Source of the DNA: a virus
Taxonomy: Duplodnaviria > Caudoviricetes
IMG/VR virus record: IMGVR_UViG_3300017782_004909
Location: 1 to 53,604 of that record
Direction: 5' to 3' (one strand)
DNA: 53,604 bases
Shown here: positions 1 to 8,825 of the stretch, one piece after another
Layout of the letters: each line of letters starts with the position of its first letter
Numbering within the stretch: the first letter of the stretch is position 1
Program-made: the position numbers and the translations under genes
The notes under the pieces: generated by a model
The model's input: the letters and a program-made list of their open reading frames with translations, nothing else
Databases searched by the model: none
Told to the model about the DNA's origin: nothing

Positions 1-333
1 CTTTGTGATTCTTGGATTACTTCCGAGAAACGCATTGACTCTTACAAGTCAACCGAGATTGACGACAGAATCGCTCACGACTTAATCGTGCGTGGCTTTC
101 GTAATGGGGCTTGCTCTAAGACTCAAGTGACTGACATTGTCAACCAATGGCACGCACCTCAACACGAGGACTTCGAGGGTCGTGACTTGTGGTCGCTTTC
201 AAACGCTTTCACAAATATCTATCGTGGGAATCTCACGAACACGGCAAAGCGTTCAGCCTCGCTTCACTCTGTGCTTGACACCTATGCGAACTCTCGCACG
301 CCTAAGGTGGCAGAGGTCATAAACGCTTCCTAG
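1..333 (+). CDS. DUF932/DUF945-like phage protein, 5'-truncated by window edge
   Basis: Frame 1 is open from base 1 (LCDSWITSEKRIDSY...) to TAG at 331-333. The C-terminal DLWSLSNAFTN motif is typical of DUF932-type proteins. Confidence 0.6.
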   Translation, partial: LCDSWITSEKRIDSYKSTEIDDRIAHDLIVRGFRNGACSKTQVTDIVNQWHAPQHEDFEGRDLWSLSNAFTNIYRGNLTNTAKRSASLHSVLDTYANSRTPKVAEVINAS

Positions 334-346
334 TCAAAGACTTACG
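318..346. repeat. Degenerate copy of 29-bp palindromic motif
   Basis: cataaacgcttcctagtcaaagacttacg; right half closely matches the copies at 413 and 463. Confidence 0.5.
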
Positions 347-384
347 ACTCGCTCTCCAAAATAACGGAGGGCGAGTTTTTTTTT
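347..384 (+). terminator. Rho-independent terminator
   Basis: actcgctctcc-aaaataac-ggagggcgagt stem followed by a T run, just after the stop at 333. Confidence 0.8.
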
Positions 385-412
385 AAATTTTTTTAAATTT
401 GTGCTTGACATT

Positions 413-441
413 CGTAAGTGCTTGATAGTCAACGACTTGCG
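413..441. repeat. 29-bp imperfect palindrome, copy 1
   Basis: cgtaagtgcttga-tag-tcaacgacttgcg. Confidence 0.8.
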
Positions 442-462
442 TGCGGCGGGCATGGCGCGTTT

Positions 463-491
463 CGCAACTTGTTGATATTCAACGACTTACG
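463..491. repeat. 29-bp imperfect palindrome, copy 2
   Basis: cgcaacttgttga-tat-tcaacgacttacg, starting 50 bp after copy 1. Confidence 0.8.
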
Positions 492-587
492 GAATTTCAC
501 TACCAGAACTTAATAATATGTTATATGTGGTTATGTGCCTTATTAACTCTTTATTTGGTTTGGTGAGGATTGTCGAGCTATTTGCAT

Positions 588-647
588 AAAAAAAGAATCG
601 GCAGGGAATTGTTTGAGATGAATTCGCTCGCACCCTTACCGACTCTT
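588..647 (-). terminator. Terminator-like hairpin with large loop downstream of RuvB-like gene
   Basis: On the minus strand aagagtcggtaaggg pairs with ccctgccgattctt (G-U pairs, one bulge), followed by a T run. Confidence 0.55.
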
Positions 648-670
648 AATATATAATGAAAACAACTACA

Positions 671-1600
671 TTAAATCTTAGTCAACACATTCATACCTTT
701 ACCACTTATCTCACGCTGACCATTTATCTTCATTAGTCCACGCTTGAGTAGATAAAGCTCTGCCTCTTTCTGAATCGCAGTCCTTGACATACCTGTGACT
801 GCTGACAACATCTGAAGAGAACAATTACCTCGCTCTTGGAGAATCTGTAACAACTCTACCTCTAGGTTGGATAATCCCATTGGCTTGATGTCTAGTATGC
901 CACACATCTTTTTCCAATCGGTTAAGCTATATGTGTTTTGATTGCTTCTCTCACAATACAACATAATCTCTTTTGTTCGCATAACTGCTGAACGAGCGTT
1001 GCCCCTTGTGGTTTCTGCTATCTCTGATAACACACCCTCGCCAAATGAAATCTCTGATGCGACAAGCTCGATGATTTGCCCCAACTCCTCGACTGAATAC
1101 GGACGGAAATCCACGATAGTCAGTCTGTCCTTGAACGGAGCGAACAACTTATCCATTTCGGTAGTAGCAAATATAAAACATTGCTTGGTGAAATCGAACG
1201 CAAAAATTTGTTCTGCGTGGTGAAACTCTTTGTAACTACCTTTCTCAGTATTGAATATAGTAAGGAAAGCATTGACTAAATCCTTTGGAAGCATATGTGC
1301 TTCATCAAACAAGATAGTAATCTCATTATTCATTACGATAGGTAGGAATATCTGCTCAAAGAATGAATTGGCATTCTTGATAGTAGAGCAGTTAATCTCA
1401 AGGAAAGCACGAGTGTCTCCGTCCTTGTTCTTGAGTGAAGAAGCGTAACGCTTGGCGAACTCAGTCTTACCCAAGCCCTTTGCCCCACTCAACATTAAGA
1501 ATGGTGCAGTACCTGTTTTGTTTTGTGCTTCTGAATAGAATGTCAGTTGTTTTTTTACTTCGTTCTGACCTACGAGGTTTTTATATGTGGTAGTTTTCAT
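671..1600 (-). CDS. ruvB: RuvB-like Holliday junction branch-migration AAA+ ATPase
   Basis: LVGQNEVKKQL, Walker A GAKGLGKT, Walker B LFDEAH, FATTE, FKDRL, GNARSA, and a C-terminal winged helix (GLSNLE...ELYLLKRGLM...GQREIS) as in RuvB. Confidence 0.8.
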   Translation of the reverse strand: MKTTTYKNLVGQNEVKKQLTFYSEAQNKTGTAPFLMLSGAKGLGKTEFAKRYASSLKNKDGDTRAFLEINCSTIKNANSFFEQIFLPIVMNNEITILFDEAHMLPKDLVNAFLTIFNTEKGSYKEFHHAEQIFAFDFTKQCFIFATTEMDKLFAPFKDRLTIVDFRPYSVEELGQIIELVASEISFGEGVLSEIAETTRGNARSAVMRTKEIMLYCERSNQNTYSLTDWKKMCGILDIKPMGLSNLEVELLQILQERGNCSLQMLSAVTGMSRTAIQKEAELYLLKRGLMKINGQREISGKGMNVLTKI

Positions 1601-1618
1601 AGTTGCGATAATGACAGG

Positions 1619-1888
1619 TTAGGATTGTGTGTCAACAAAATTGTGTACTTTAAATGAGATTTTTTCTTCAACCTCTTTTGGCTCTTGTGAAACAGAAACT
1701 TTTGTTTGGTTAGCTTCTGTGATTGATGCTCCCATCTTCTCTAGCCACACACGACTAATAGGGATAAGAGTAGCTGACCCACAAAATTGTTCTAGGTCTG
1801 CTAGTGTTACATTGGCAAATGAGTTTGCCCCTTTCTTTCTGCCACTACCTTGTTTACGAGGTGTGCCGTCTTTGTTTACTGTTTTCAT
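1619..1888 (-). CDS. Hypothetical protein with basic AT-hook-like N-terminus (possible DNA binding)
   Basis: GTPRKQGSGRKKG. The ATG at 1888 lies 7 nt after a promoter -10 box. Confidence 0.6.
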   Translation of the reverse strand: MKTVNKDGTPRKQGSGRKKGANSFANVTLADLEQFCGSATLIPISRVWLEKMGASITEANQTKVSVSQEPKEVEEKISFKVHNFVDTQS

Positions 1889-1923
1889 ACTACCCAATAT
1901 AGAGATAGTTTTATGTATGTCAA
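1889..1923 (-). promoter_or_regulatory. sigma70-like promoter, probably leaderless
   Basis: TTGACA-N16-TATATT-N7-ATG. Confidence 0.7.
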
Positions 1924-1965
1924 CTTTTTTTTAAATTTATTTAAATTTTTTTAAATTTTGGCATC

Positions 1966-2133
1966 TTATGTTTTTTTTAGTTTGGCTAGGTTCATCATAG
2001 AGTTTGACACTACGGCAAGAAATATTCCGTGCGATACCATACCACAAAAGAACAAGATAATTGATGCGATAAGACAACCGATAGCCATATTTGTCCAAGT
2101 CAATATTTGGCGACTATATTTTTTGGCGAGCAT
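1966..2133 (-). CDS. Small membrane protein
   Basis: Hydrophobic ORF MLAKKYSRQILTWTNMAIGCLIASIILFF..., in operon order. Confidence 0.5.
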   Translation of the reverse strand: MLAKKYSRQILTWTNMAIGCLIASIILFFCGMVSHGIFLAVVSNSMMNLAKLKKT

Positions 2134-2137
2134 TATA

Positions 2138-2209
2138 TTACTTAGCACCCCAAAAGCAGTTGACTACTAGAGCTATAAAGGTGATTACGATTATCATTAT
2201 CTGTTCCAT
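2138..2209 (-). CDS. 23-aa hydrophobic peptide (not in ORF track)
   Basis: MEQIMIIVITFIALVVNCFWGAK*; ATG 7 nt after the -10 box of a consensus promoter. Confidence 0.45.
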   Translation of the reverse strand: MEQIMIIVITFIALVVNCFWGAK

Positions 2210-2244
2210 ACCCTCTATCATACCATATAAAAAGTTCTTGTCAA
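2210..2244 (-). promoter_or_regulatory. sigma70-like promoter, probably leaderless
   Basis: TTGACA-N16-TATGAT-N7-ATG. Confidence 0.7.
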
Positions 2245-2321
2245 GCAATATTTGGATTTTTTTTCGATTGTCGAGCGATTTTTAAATGCCCCAAATTTTT
2301 TTAAATTTATTTAAATTTTGT

Positions 2322-2567
2322 TTAATCTTTCTTATTCTTGTCAAATAGCTTGTTTATTCTGTCCATCTCATCTTGCCAATATCTCTTCTGAAACGACTTA
2401 TCATATTCAAACAACGCTTTCGGTAAGAATGTAGCAGTATCATATAATATATCCCATAAAAAGATAAAAGTTCTTAGTATCGTTATACATACCAAGTATA
2501 TCGGTGTTAGAACCAATGCAGTAAAAAGCGTTATAATATAACCTAACCAATAATTTGAATTCTTCAT
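2322..2567 (-). CDS. Hypothetical membrane protein
   Basis: 81-aa ORF with hydrophobic N-half; upstream TTGCTA-N17-TATAAG. Confidence 0.6.
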   Translation of the reverse strand: MKNSNYWLGYIITLFTALVLTPIYLVCITILRTFIFLWDILYDTATFLPKALFEYDKSFQKRYWQDEMDRINKLFDKNKKD

Positions 2568-2665
2568 AATATCTTATAGAACAACATATTTTATATAGCA
2601 AAGTGGGGCAGTTCCCCATTCATCTCCATTTTGTACCATATATAATATCTTTTGTTTGTTTTCCC

Positions 2666-2884
2666 TTATATATCCTCTCTATGTATGTATCCTACATCTT
2701 TGATGAATTCGTGGGTTGAATTGCGATAAAATAGGGGCTTAGAGGGCTTTTTAGTATCTAATTTAATCTGTAAGTTGATTAGTTTGTCCTCTACCCATAG
2801 TAGAGCGTTGATTAATAGGCTAAGTGCGATATGCACAAATTTTAATAAATTTTTTATAATTTTTTTAAATAATTTTAAATTCAT
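2666..2884 (-). CDS. Hypothetical protein
   Basis: 72-aa ORF on the same strand as its neighbours. Confidence 0.5.
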   Translation of the reverse strand: MNLKLFKKIIKNLLKFVHIALSLLINALLWVEDKLINLQIKLDTKKPSKPLFYRNSTHEFIKDVGYIHREDI

Positions 2885-2924
2885 CTTTTTATAATTTATA
2901 ATGGGTTATAATATTGTTTGTAAA

Positions 2925-3383
2925 TTACCAACCATCTGTCTGATTGTTACCATAAGTCTTATCCTCTCTCAAGTCCTCATACTGATTTGTAGCTTCGTGA
3001 TAAGAATGGCTATAATTCCAATCTCTGCTCTCTGTATGTGTGGTCATTGGCATATTGAAAGCATAAGCTCTTAAACCATCTCGCTTGGCAAGTAATGTGC
3101 CTAACTCATCATACAACCCATTTAACTCTGCATAAAAGTCATATTCGGTGTCATACTTATAATACAATTCTTTCTTATCATCAATCTTGCATTTAACGAT
3201 ACGAATATCTTGTTCTGTATCGCTGATAAGTCTGTTTTGTATATCTGTTCTCGTATCAAGAGATTGTTGCCTAGCTTCTGTCTCCATTGCTTCTGCTTCA
3301 GCTTCTGCTTCTTGGATTTTTTTATGCTCTCGCAATTCTTTCATTGTCATTTCTGCTTCTGTCTTTTTTGGTGGTGGTTTCAT
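2925..3383 (-). CDS. Hypothetical coiled-coil protein
   Basis: Glu/Ala-rich helical ORF; ATG at 3383 (MKPPPKK) preferred over the TTG start. Confidence 0.65.
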   Translation of the reverse strand: MKPPPKKTEAEMTMKELREHKKIQEAEAEAEAMETEARQQSLDTRTDIQNRLISDTEQDIRIVKCKIDDKKELYYKYDTEYDFYAELNGLYDELGTLLAKRDGLRAYAFNMPMTTHTESRDWNYSHSYHEATNQYEDLREDKTYGNNQTDGW

Positions 3384-3470
3384 AATTGATACTGATGTTT
3401 GGTGTTTTGGTTGGTAATTTAGTCTGCAAAAAGGTTTCTGCAAAGTGATTATGTAGTGAATTTGATATTC

Positions 3471-3686
3471 TCATCTGATTTCGTAATTTTTAAAAAATTT
3501 TTTTAAATCTCTTTCTATCTTCTTTTTGTCCTCTTTACTTAATCTTTTTATCCATTCTAGGTCAACATCTTTCAAGTGAACACACTCATTAAAGCATATA
3601 CGATTACGCTTGTCAATGGGGAAAACATTATGTGTCTCAAAAAAATAAGCACAAGCTACGGAGTTTAACGAAACATAATTACTCAT
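3471..3686 (-). CDS. Hypothetical protein
   Basis: 71-aa ORF, start overlaps the upstream small ORF. Confidence 0.6.
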   Translation of the reverse strand: MSNYVSLNSVACAYFFETHNVFPIDKRNRICFNECVHLKDVDLEWIKRLSKEDKKKIERDLKKFFKNYEIR

Positions 3687-3780
3687 TCTCTAACTCCTCT
3701 CCCAATGCTTTGAGCCATTTAATGATTGATAAATATAATAAGGTCAAAACCCCAAAAATAATTATAGCACCCCAAATCAT
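3679..3780 (-). CDS. 33-aa membrane peptide (not in ORF track)
   Basis: MIWGAIIIFGVLTLLYLSIIKWLKALGEELENE*; fills the gap and overlaps both neighbours (ATGA junction upstream). Confidence 0.5.
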   Translation of the reverse strand: MIWGAIIIFGVLTLLYLSIIKWLKALGEELENE

Positions 3781-3986
3781 AATAGTTTACCTAAGTCTTT
3801 TCTTGATTTCAAATGTCTCTTGTATGCCCTCTCTTGTCTAGCATATTGTCTACTTTTCTGCCTACATTTGCGAGCGACAAAGTCTTTTTCATTGTCAACC
3901 CACAAACATAGCCACCAACAACTTAAACTAAATATAATAGTTGCTACTATAAAAAACATAACACCATATACTTCTTGAGGAATCAT
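3777..3986 (-). CDS. Small membrane protein
   Basis: One TM segment plus basic tail; upstream TTGAAA-N16-TATTAT-N5-ATG. Confidence 0.6.
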   Translation of the reverse strand: MIPQEVYGVMFFIVATIIFSLSCWWLCLWVDNEKDFVARKCRQKSRQYARQERAYKRHLKSRKDLGKLL

Positions 3987-4015
3987 ACCCTATAATAAAG
4001 GGTAGAATCAATTTT

Positions 4016-4297
4016 TCAATCTGCTTCCTCCCAATATCCATCTTCTTCGTTGTAAACAAACTTTGTACCCTCAGTCAATTCGCTTGGCTCACGATTCTCT
4101 GAGAAACATTCTTGTAAAACATCAACGACTGCCGAATCAGATAATTCGTTTCGTTCCATATCATAAAAGTTCAAGCTACCACCATTGTCATCGTCATCAA
4201 TAACAATGAGGATTTCTTGCCCTTTGTACTTAACATTTAAAGAGTGCAACACTCTTCTGTAAGTTTCTTCTGCTGATTTTGTAATTTCTATACTCAT
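4016..4297 (-). CDS. Acidic hypothetical protein
   Basis: 93-aa Asp/Glu-rich ORF whose start overlaps the upstream stop (ATGA). Confidence 0.65.
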   Translation of the reverse strand: MSIEITKSAEETYRRVLHSLNVKYKGQEILIVIDDDDNGGSLNFYDMERNELSDSAVVDVLQECFSENREPSELTEGTKFVYNEEDGYWEEAD

Positions 4298-4965
4298 AAA
4301 TCTTTTAATGTATCATCAATTTTCTTTTGTGCTTCGTCATCTAAGCCAAATGCAGTAACATCTACCACTTTATTCCAATCTATGTTTGCCATACCTAATT
4401 CTTCGAGAATGTCTGCAAACTCTTCATCTGTCTCAACCAAATTTTTGATTGCTTGAACTTTCTTCTTTCTCTCTATCAATTCAGAACCTTGTTTGTGAAA
4501 CTCATTGTTTGGGTTGTCACTAAAGAATTGTTGAATTTGACTCCTAGTCATAGACCAACACTCTCTAGGGAACGATTTTGGTGGTGGAGGAGCAGAATAA
4601 GTTTTCTTTGGTTGTAGCAACATAGGGTTTTTAAACTCTTCACAAATGACCCTACTGATTGCACATTCTATAAGATATGGTGCTTCAATGTCGCCATCTT
4701 GATATAACTCCATACAATCAGTAAACATCGTTTCTTCCATCAAATACTTGTTGAGGTCAAAGTTGTAGCTCTTATCTTCGCAGTTGTTGTGAAAAACCTT
4801 TTCTTGCATACTTGAGTATGGAATACCAAGATAGTGACCATATACTTTTTTAGAAGAGTTGCGAAAACCTTTGGTTCGTCTTTCCCAAATAGTGTTGAAT
4901 CCCAAGTAATCTTCTTCAAGAACTTGTGGTGCGATGCTGAGTAATTTTAATTTTATATCTTTCAT
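4294..4965 (-). CDS. Hypothetical protein
   Basis: Long ORF; ATG at 4965 (MKDIKLK) avoids overlap with the upstream gene. Confidence 0.7.
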   Translation of the reverse strand: MKDIKLKLLSIAPQVLEEDYLGFNTIWERRTKGFRNSSKKVYGHYLGIPYSSMQEKVFHNNCEDKSYNFDLNKYLMEETMFTDCMELYQDGDIEAPYLIECAISRVICEEFKNPMLLQPKKTYSAPPPPKSFPRECWSMTRSQIQQFFSDNPNNEFHKQGSELIERKKKVQAIKNLVETDEEFADILEELGMANIDWNKVVDVTAFGLDDEAQKKIDDTLKDL

Positions 4966-4982
4966 AATTTTTTTAAATTTTT

Positions 4983-5501
4983 TTAAATTATCCACGAGGG
5001 TTTGTTTTTCTTCCAAGTGGCAAAGGGTTTGTCGTGTTTGTAATACAAGCGATACTTACCGACTTCGTCAACAGAATCAAATGTTGGGTCTTGTCTGCAA
5101 GTCATATGGTCGCTGATAGCGATTGCAAAGGTTGTCTGCTCTATACTCTCGTCTGCCAAGTTGTCAGCACGAAAAGGGTGGTCGAAAGCCCAATGCAAGA
5201 ACTCTGCTGAGAAATGTGGCTTGAAGCCTCTGTCTAACCTCTCGACTTCCATAGCGAGAGAATGTTCAAGAAGCCATCTCATATTCCCAAAGGTAGCTCT
5301 CGCCCAAATAGAGCAAGGGTGCTTGTAGTAAGAGTGCTTGCGAGCAGTACCCTTTTGTGTCTTGGGTGCTGACTCAAGCGTCTCTAGTGAAAAGCAGTTG
5401 GCAACCATCTGTGCTGACTCTAGCACCATTTTGTTACAATGTTGGTCGCACAACCACTTGGCTGATTGAATTGGGTCTTGGTCTATACAAAATATATTCA
5501 T
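4983..5501 (-). CDS. Pyrimidine dimer DNA glycosylase / endonuclease V-like protein
   Basis: MNIFCIDQDP...CDQHCNKMVLESAQM, HPCSIW, YRLYY..K..ATWK: the pattern of the phage Pyr_excise-related family. Confidence 0.7.
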   Translation of the reverse strand: MNIFCIDQDPIQSAKWLCDQHCNKMVLESAQMVANCFSLETLESAPKTQKGTARKHSYYKHPCSIWARATFGNMRWLLEHSLAMEVERLDRGFKPHFSAEFLHWAFDHPFRADNLADESIEQTTFAIAISDHMTCRQDPTFDSVDEVGKYRLYYKHDKPFATWKKNKPSWII

Positions 5502-5956
5502 AGGTGTAGTTTGACTTTCTCCCAATACAAGTCAAGGTTTTTTTGCTTCTTATCGTTCTTTGGGTTATCCACTCGTTTCCAAGCAGAGCCACCACCATTC
5601 CAAATGAAAGCTAAGTGCTTTGCAGTTGGGTTCTCAATCCCTTTCATATAATGAGAAAAGATTTCTTGTGCGACAATGTATGCCATAGCACGATTGTATG
5701 CAACATTATGTGGCAGGTCTTGATTTGTGATTCTGTTATAATCAGCAATCATAATCTCTCGAATCTGTAACGAACCAATAGCATTTTCCTTTATGTTTAT
5801 AGCATAAGGATTATTGTTCGACTCTACCTTTTCGATAGCTACAATAACATCAATGACATCAACGCTACCAAACACTTGAGATGTGCAAGCCCTAACACAC
5901 ATCAAAACAAATGCGATAAGGACAATAACTTGTGCAATTTTTTCTAACTTATACAT
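5498..5956 (-). CDS. Lytic transglycosylase / lysozyme-like protein with N-terminal membrane anchor
   Basis: VES catalytic Glu, AIGSLQI and WNGG motifs; hydrophobic N-terminus. Confidence 0.7.
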   Translation of the reverse strand: MYKLEKIAQVIVLIAFVLMCVRACTSQVFGSVDVIDVIVAIEKVESNNNPYAINIKENAIGSLQIREIMIADYNRITNQDLPHNVAYNRAMAYIVAQEIFSHYMKGIENPTAKHLAFIWNGGGSAWKRVDNPKNDKKQKNLDLYWEKVKLHL

Positions 5957-6248
5957 AATAATCTCTGTTTTTCATTATAACCCAATTACCATTACCCTCA
6001 AGACCTATAACATTGTATTCGGTAAACTCAATGGCTTCATCGTGTTCCATATTGCTTGGCTCTTTCATAAATACTTCTATGATTTTCTCATAGTCGTAAA
6101 CTAGATAACCTAATGATGTTACTCCAACGATTGCATCGTTGAGTCCGTCTAATTTTAAACAATCTTCTGCAAGATATTCTTGCAACTCGATTGGTGCTTC
6201 ATTGTCGCCCTCATCTTCGAGGTATCCGTTTTCGTTCTGTATATTCAT
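5949..6248 (-). CDS. Conserved-looking phage hypothetical protein
   Basis: DGLNDAIVG...VYDYEKII...EAIEFTEYNVIG pattern recalled from phage hypotheticals; start uncertain (6248 or 6293). Confidence 0.6.
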   Translation of the reverse strand: MNIQNENGYLEDEGDNEAPIELQEYLAEDCLKLDGLNDAIVGVTSLGYLVYDYEKIIEVFMKEPSNMEHDEAIEFTEYNVIGLEGNGNWVIMKNRDYYV

Positions 6249-6367
6249 CTTTATAGTAGTTTTTATAAGATTCTTTTTGTGTTTCTTCTTCAAGTTTTGT
6301 TTGAAGCCAATTTAGAAAGTCGTTTTGTTCTTTACCATACGACTCGTTTTCGACAGACTTGTCAACA

Positions 6368-6583
6368 CTAGAAATGTTTTTGCTCAATGTTTTCCTTTGA
6401 TTGTGGGTTAGTAGATAATGGGTGGTGTCTGAATTGATGTAACAGACTTAAAATTTCTCTTTTGTGAGAGACTTCTTGTTTATGCAAAGCATCTTCAATT
6501 TCCATTGTAGGTAAAGACGCTTGTCTTTGGTTTTTGCTCAACCACTTTTCTGTGTCTTTAATTTTCTGATTTAGCCAATCCAT
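6368..6583 (-). CDS. Hypothetical protein
   Basis: 71-aa ORF overlapping its neighbour. Confidence 0.55.
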   Translation of the reverse strand: MDWLNQKIKDTEKWLSKNQRQASLPTMEIEDALHKQEVSHKREILSLLHQFRHHPLSTNPQSKENIEQKHF

Positions 6584-6776
6584 TGTATTCCTCCTCTGTT
6601 AATAGATTATCTTGTCCCTCAACCTTGATGAGAACTTCGTGTTCTCTACCACTTAATGCTTTCATATCTCTGCGACATTCGTGAGCGTAAAGTTTTGCCT
6701 TGGGTATTTTAGTAGAATAGAAATTGACTTCTTTATGAGAGCGACAATCTCTGACAATATAGTTTGCATTTTGCAT
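6558..6776 (-). CDS. Hypothetical protein
   Basis: ORF; ATG at 6776 (MQNANY) preferred, 6878 possible. Confidence 0.55.
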   Translation of the reverse strand: MQNANYIVRDCRSHKEVNFYSTKIPKAKLYAHECRRDMKALSGREHEVLIKVEGQDNLLTEEEYNGLAKSEN

Positions 6777-6852
6777 TTTTTTTAAAATTTTTTTAAATTT
6801 GTTATGGGTTAGTTTTTTGGTGGCTCGAATCGTCAAGCCACCAAATGTAAAA

Positions 6853-7050
6853 CTAATCTGATAAGTCGATAGCTTCATCTATCTCAATACTCTTATCGGA
6901 GAAATCTGTGCCGAACATTACTGAGTGAATGTCCTCAAAGGTGTCTAAGCATTTACGCTCATCTACCTCGCTATTTTTTTGAAAGGTTTTTTGTCCTTTG
7001 AATATAGTTTCGCCATACTCATCTTTGACTTTAAAGTCGAGACTACTCAT
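6853..7050 (-). CDS. Hypothetical protein
   Basis: ORF beginning MSSLDFKVKDEYG. Confidence 0.55.
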   Translation of the reverse strand: MSSLDFKVKDEYGETIFKGQKTFQKNSEVDERKCLDTFEDIHSVMFGTDFSDKSIEIDEAIDLSD

Positions 7051-7110
7051 AATTATAAAACATATAGAAGAGAAAAACAAAAAAACATAGGATAGTTACT
7101 AAACTTGTTA

Positions 7111-7977
7111 TCAATCTTGTTCTTCATCATAATCTTCCTCGTCATTATCGTGGTAGTTATAATCGTTTTCGTCATCATCTCGATGCTCGCCATCTGTATA
7201 AACACTATAATAAGGTGCTTCAATTTCTGATTCCTCTCTTGGAATTTCTTTGATAACCTCATACTTGCACACTCGCAACTTCTGACAAGAGCAATCGCTA
7301 GGCACGCTTACTGCATCTCTTGGGTTGAAACGAACAAGTAACAACTTGCCACCACCTGCCCAATCATTTGCATAATCAAACGAACCAATGTGCAATCCGT
7401 GAGAGCAACCATTTTCACGATTGTCGTCAACACAATTTCTAGCTACCTCAATAGTTGACCCAACAACATTTTTGATTTGACCACGCTCATTGGTTTGACC
7501 TTGTAAAACGATAGTGTGCTTGTTTCCACTCTGACTCCAATAGTCGTTACAAACTCCCTTGTATCCGATAACATATCCGTCATCATCAATCGGTAATTGT
7601 TTATAAGAAAGAAAGTCGTACAACTCTTCAACGGAATTGTTGCTTGGGTTATCTAGTAGATTCTTTACGAACTTAACGAAAGCAGAGCCAACATCTAATC
7701 CACTACCAAGCAAGTCTAACAACTTGTCGATAACTTTTCCGTGTAGTCTCTGTCCGTGATAATAAACTGCACCTTTGTCCACTACCAAGTCTCCATCAGC
7801 AAATGCTTCGACTTGCTTACGAATGTCTAGGTAGTCTATCGCAGTTTCAAAATCCCCACTTATCAATGCCTTTTTAAAAGGCTTAAAGTTTGGTTGTGAG
7901 GATTCAAGAGTATAAGGTTTGCCCTCATACAAAAGAGTCGCAGTTGACTCTGATACTATATATGGATAATTTGCCAT
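7111..7977 (-). CDS. rIIB: rIIB-like protein
   Basis: GYKGV..DY, RNCVDDNRENGCSHGLHIGS, VRFNPRDAVSVP.DC...KLRVCKYEV motifs; near an rIIA gene. Confidence 0.85.
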   Translation of the reverse strand: MANYPYIVSESTATLLYEGKPYTLESSQPNFKPFKKALISGDFETAIDYLDIRKQVEAFADGDLVVDKGAVYYHGQRLHGKVIDKLLDLLGSGLDVGSAFVKFVKNLLDNPSNNSVEELYDFLSYKQLPIDDDGYVIGYKGVCNDYWSQSGNKHTIVLQGQTNERGQIKNVVGSTIEVARNCVDDNRENGCSHGLHIGSFDYANDWAGGGKLLLVRFNPRDAVSVPSDCSCQKLRVCKYEVIKEIPREESEIEAPYYSVYTDGEHRDDDENDYNYHDNDEEDYDEEQD

Positions 7978-8007
7978 AAGAATTTTTTTGTTTTGTTAGT
8001 TAATAAT

Positions 8008-8769
8008 TTATACTTCTATACTAAAAGAACTCTTGTCGTTGTCAAGGACATCAGCCCAATACGAACAATCTTTCTCGCCTTTTTTTCTGTTCCAATATAT
8101 CGCCCTAGCAATAGCACTAGGAACATTATACATTGCCGAAAATTCTGTCCAATGGTTTTCCAACTCACGATACTTTGGTAAGTGTAGTGATTGGTCGTAA
8201 CCATACGCTTGGAATAAATGTGTGTCGCAACAAAATACTCCACAATCAAAAGTGTATATCATTTCTAAAGCGAAAGATACTTTAGCCATACCTAATCCAA
8301 GAATGTCTTTGACAAGGCTATCTCTGAATTCTGACCACTTCTGATTTTTTTTAAATTTAAATAAATTTGGGTTCTGCCAATATTTTCTAGCGAACTCGCT
8401 GATAAACTTTGTTCGGTTGTTGTATAATCCAACACCACTACCTTTAAGTTTGTCGAATAAGACATCATCTTTGTTGAACCATTCTGTAAAGTCCTTAATT
8501 GCAAGATAACCTCGCATATTGGACTCGTAGGAGGTATGGACTGAACAAAAGGCAAACAACCACCTTTGAAATACATCAACATCATTTGTGGGTTTGAGTC
8601 GTTCCCATACAACACTATGGTCAATAATCTCGTCTTCTGTAATTGAAGCGAAGAACTTTTCGACATCTGTCTTGTTATGTTTCTTAATATGTACTCTATT
8701 CTTTTCATCTAGGAATGATAGTTGTTCAGTTGGTTTATTCTCTGTGTAGGATAAAAAATCTAATTGCAT
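8008..8769 (-). CDS. HhH-GPD superfamily DNA glycosylase (OGG2-like)
   Basis: RDSLVKDILGLGMAKVSFAL helix-hairpin-helix followed by CDTH catalytic Asp motif. Confidence 0.7.
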   Translation of the reverse strand: MQLDFLSYTENKPTEQLSFLDEKNRVHIKKHNKTDVEKFFASITEDEIIDHSVVWERLKPTNDVDVFQRWLFAFCSVHTSYESNMRGYLAIKDFTEWFNKDDVLFDKLKGSGVGLYNNRTKFISEFARKYWQNPNLFKFKKNQKWSEFRDSLVKDILGLGMAKVSFALEMIYTFDCGVFCCDTHLFQAYGYDQSLHLPKYRELENHWTEFSAMYNVPSAIARAIYWNRKKGEKDCSYWADVLDNDKSSFSIEV

Positions 8770-8776
8770 AATATTT

Positions 8777-8817
8777 AAAAATTGTGTCGGCTAGGAACTA
8801 CCACACTCCTAGCCGAC
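8777..8817 (-). terminator. Strong hairpin between rIIA and the glycosylase gene
   Basis: Perfect 11-bp stem gtcggctagga / tcctagccgac; on the minus strand followed by acaattttt. Confidence 0.5.
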
Positions 8818-8825
8818 TATGATTA

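Noticed and set aside
413-491. Palindromic repeats as a mini CRISPR array
   Set aside because: Only two close copies, imperfect, with a 21-bp gap. The Cas4-like gene is in a replication context and no other cas genes are present.
505-540. Possible dif/Xer site (taataatatgttatatgt)
   Set aside because: Does not fit the 11-6-11 layout with a TTATGTTAAAT arm.
6819-6842. Hairpin ggtggct-N10-agccacc
   Set aside because: No T run follows on the coding (minus) strand, so it is not called a terminator; function unclear.
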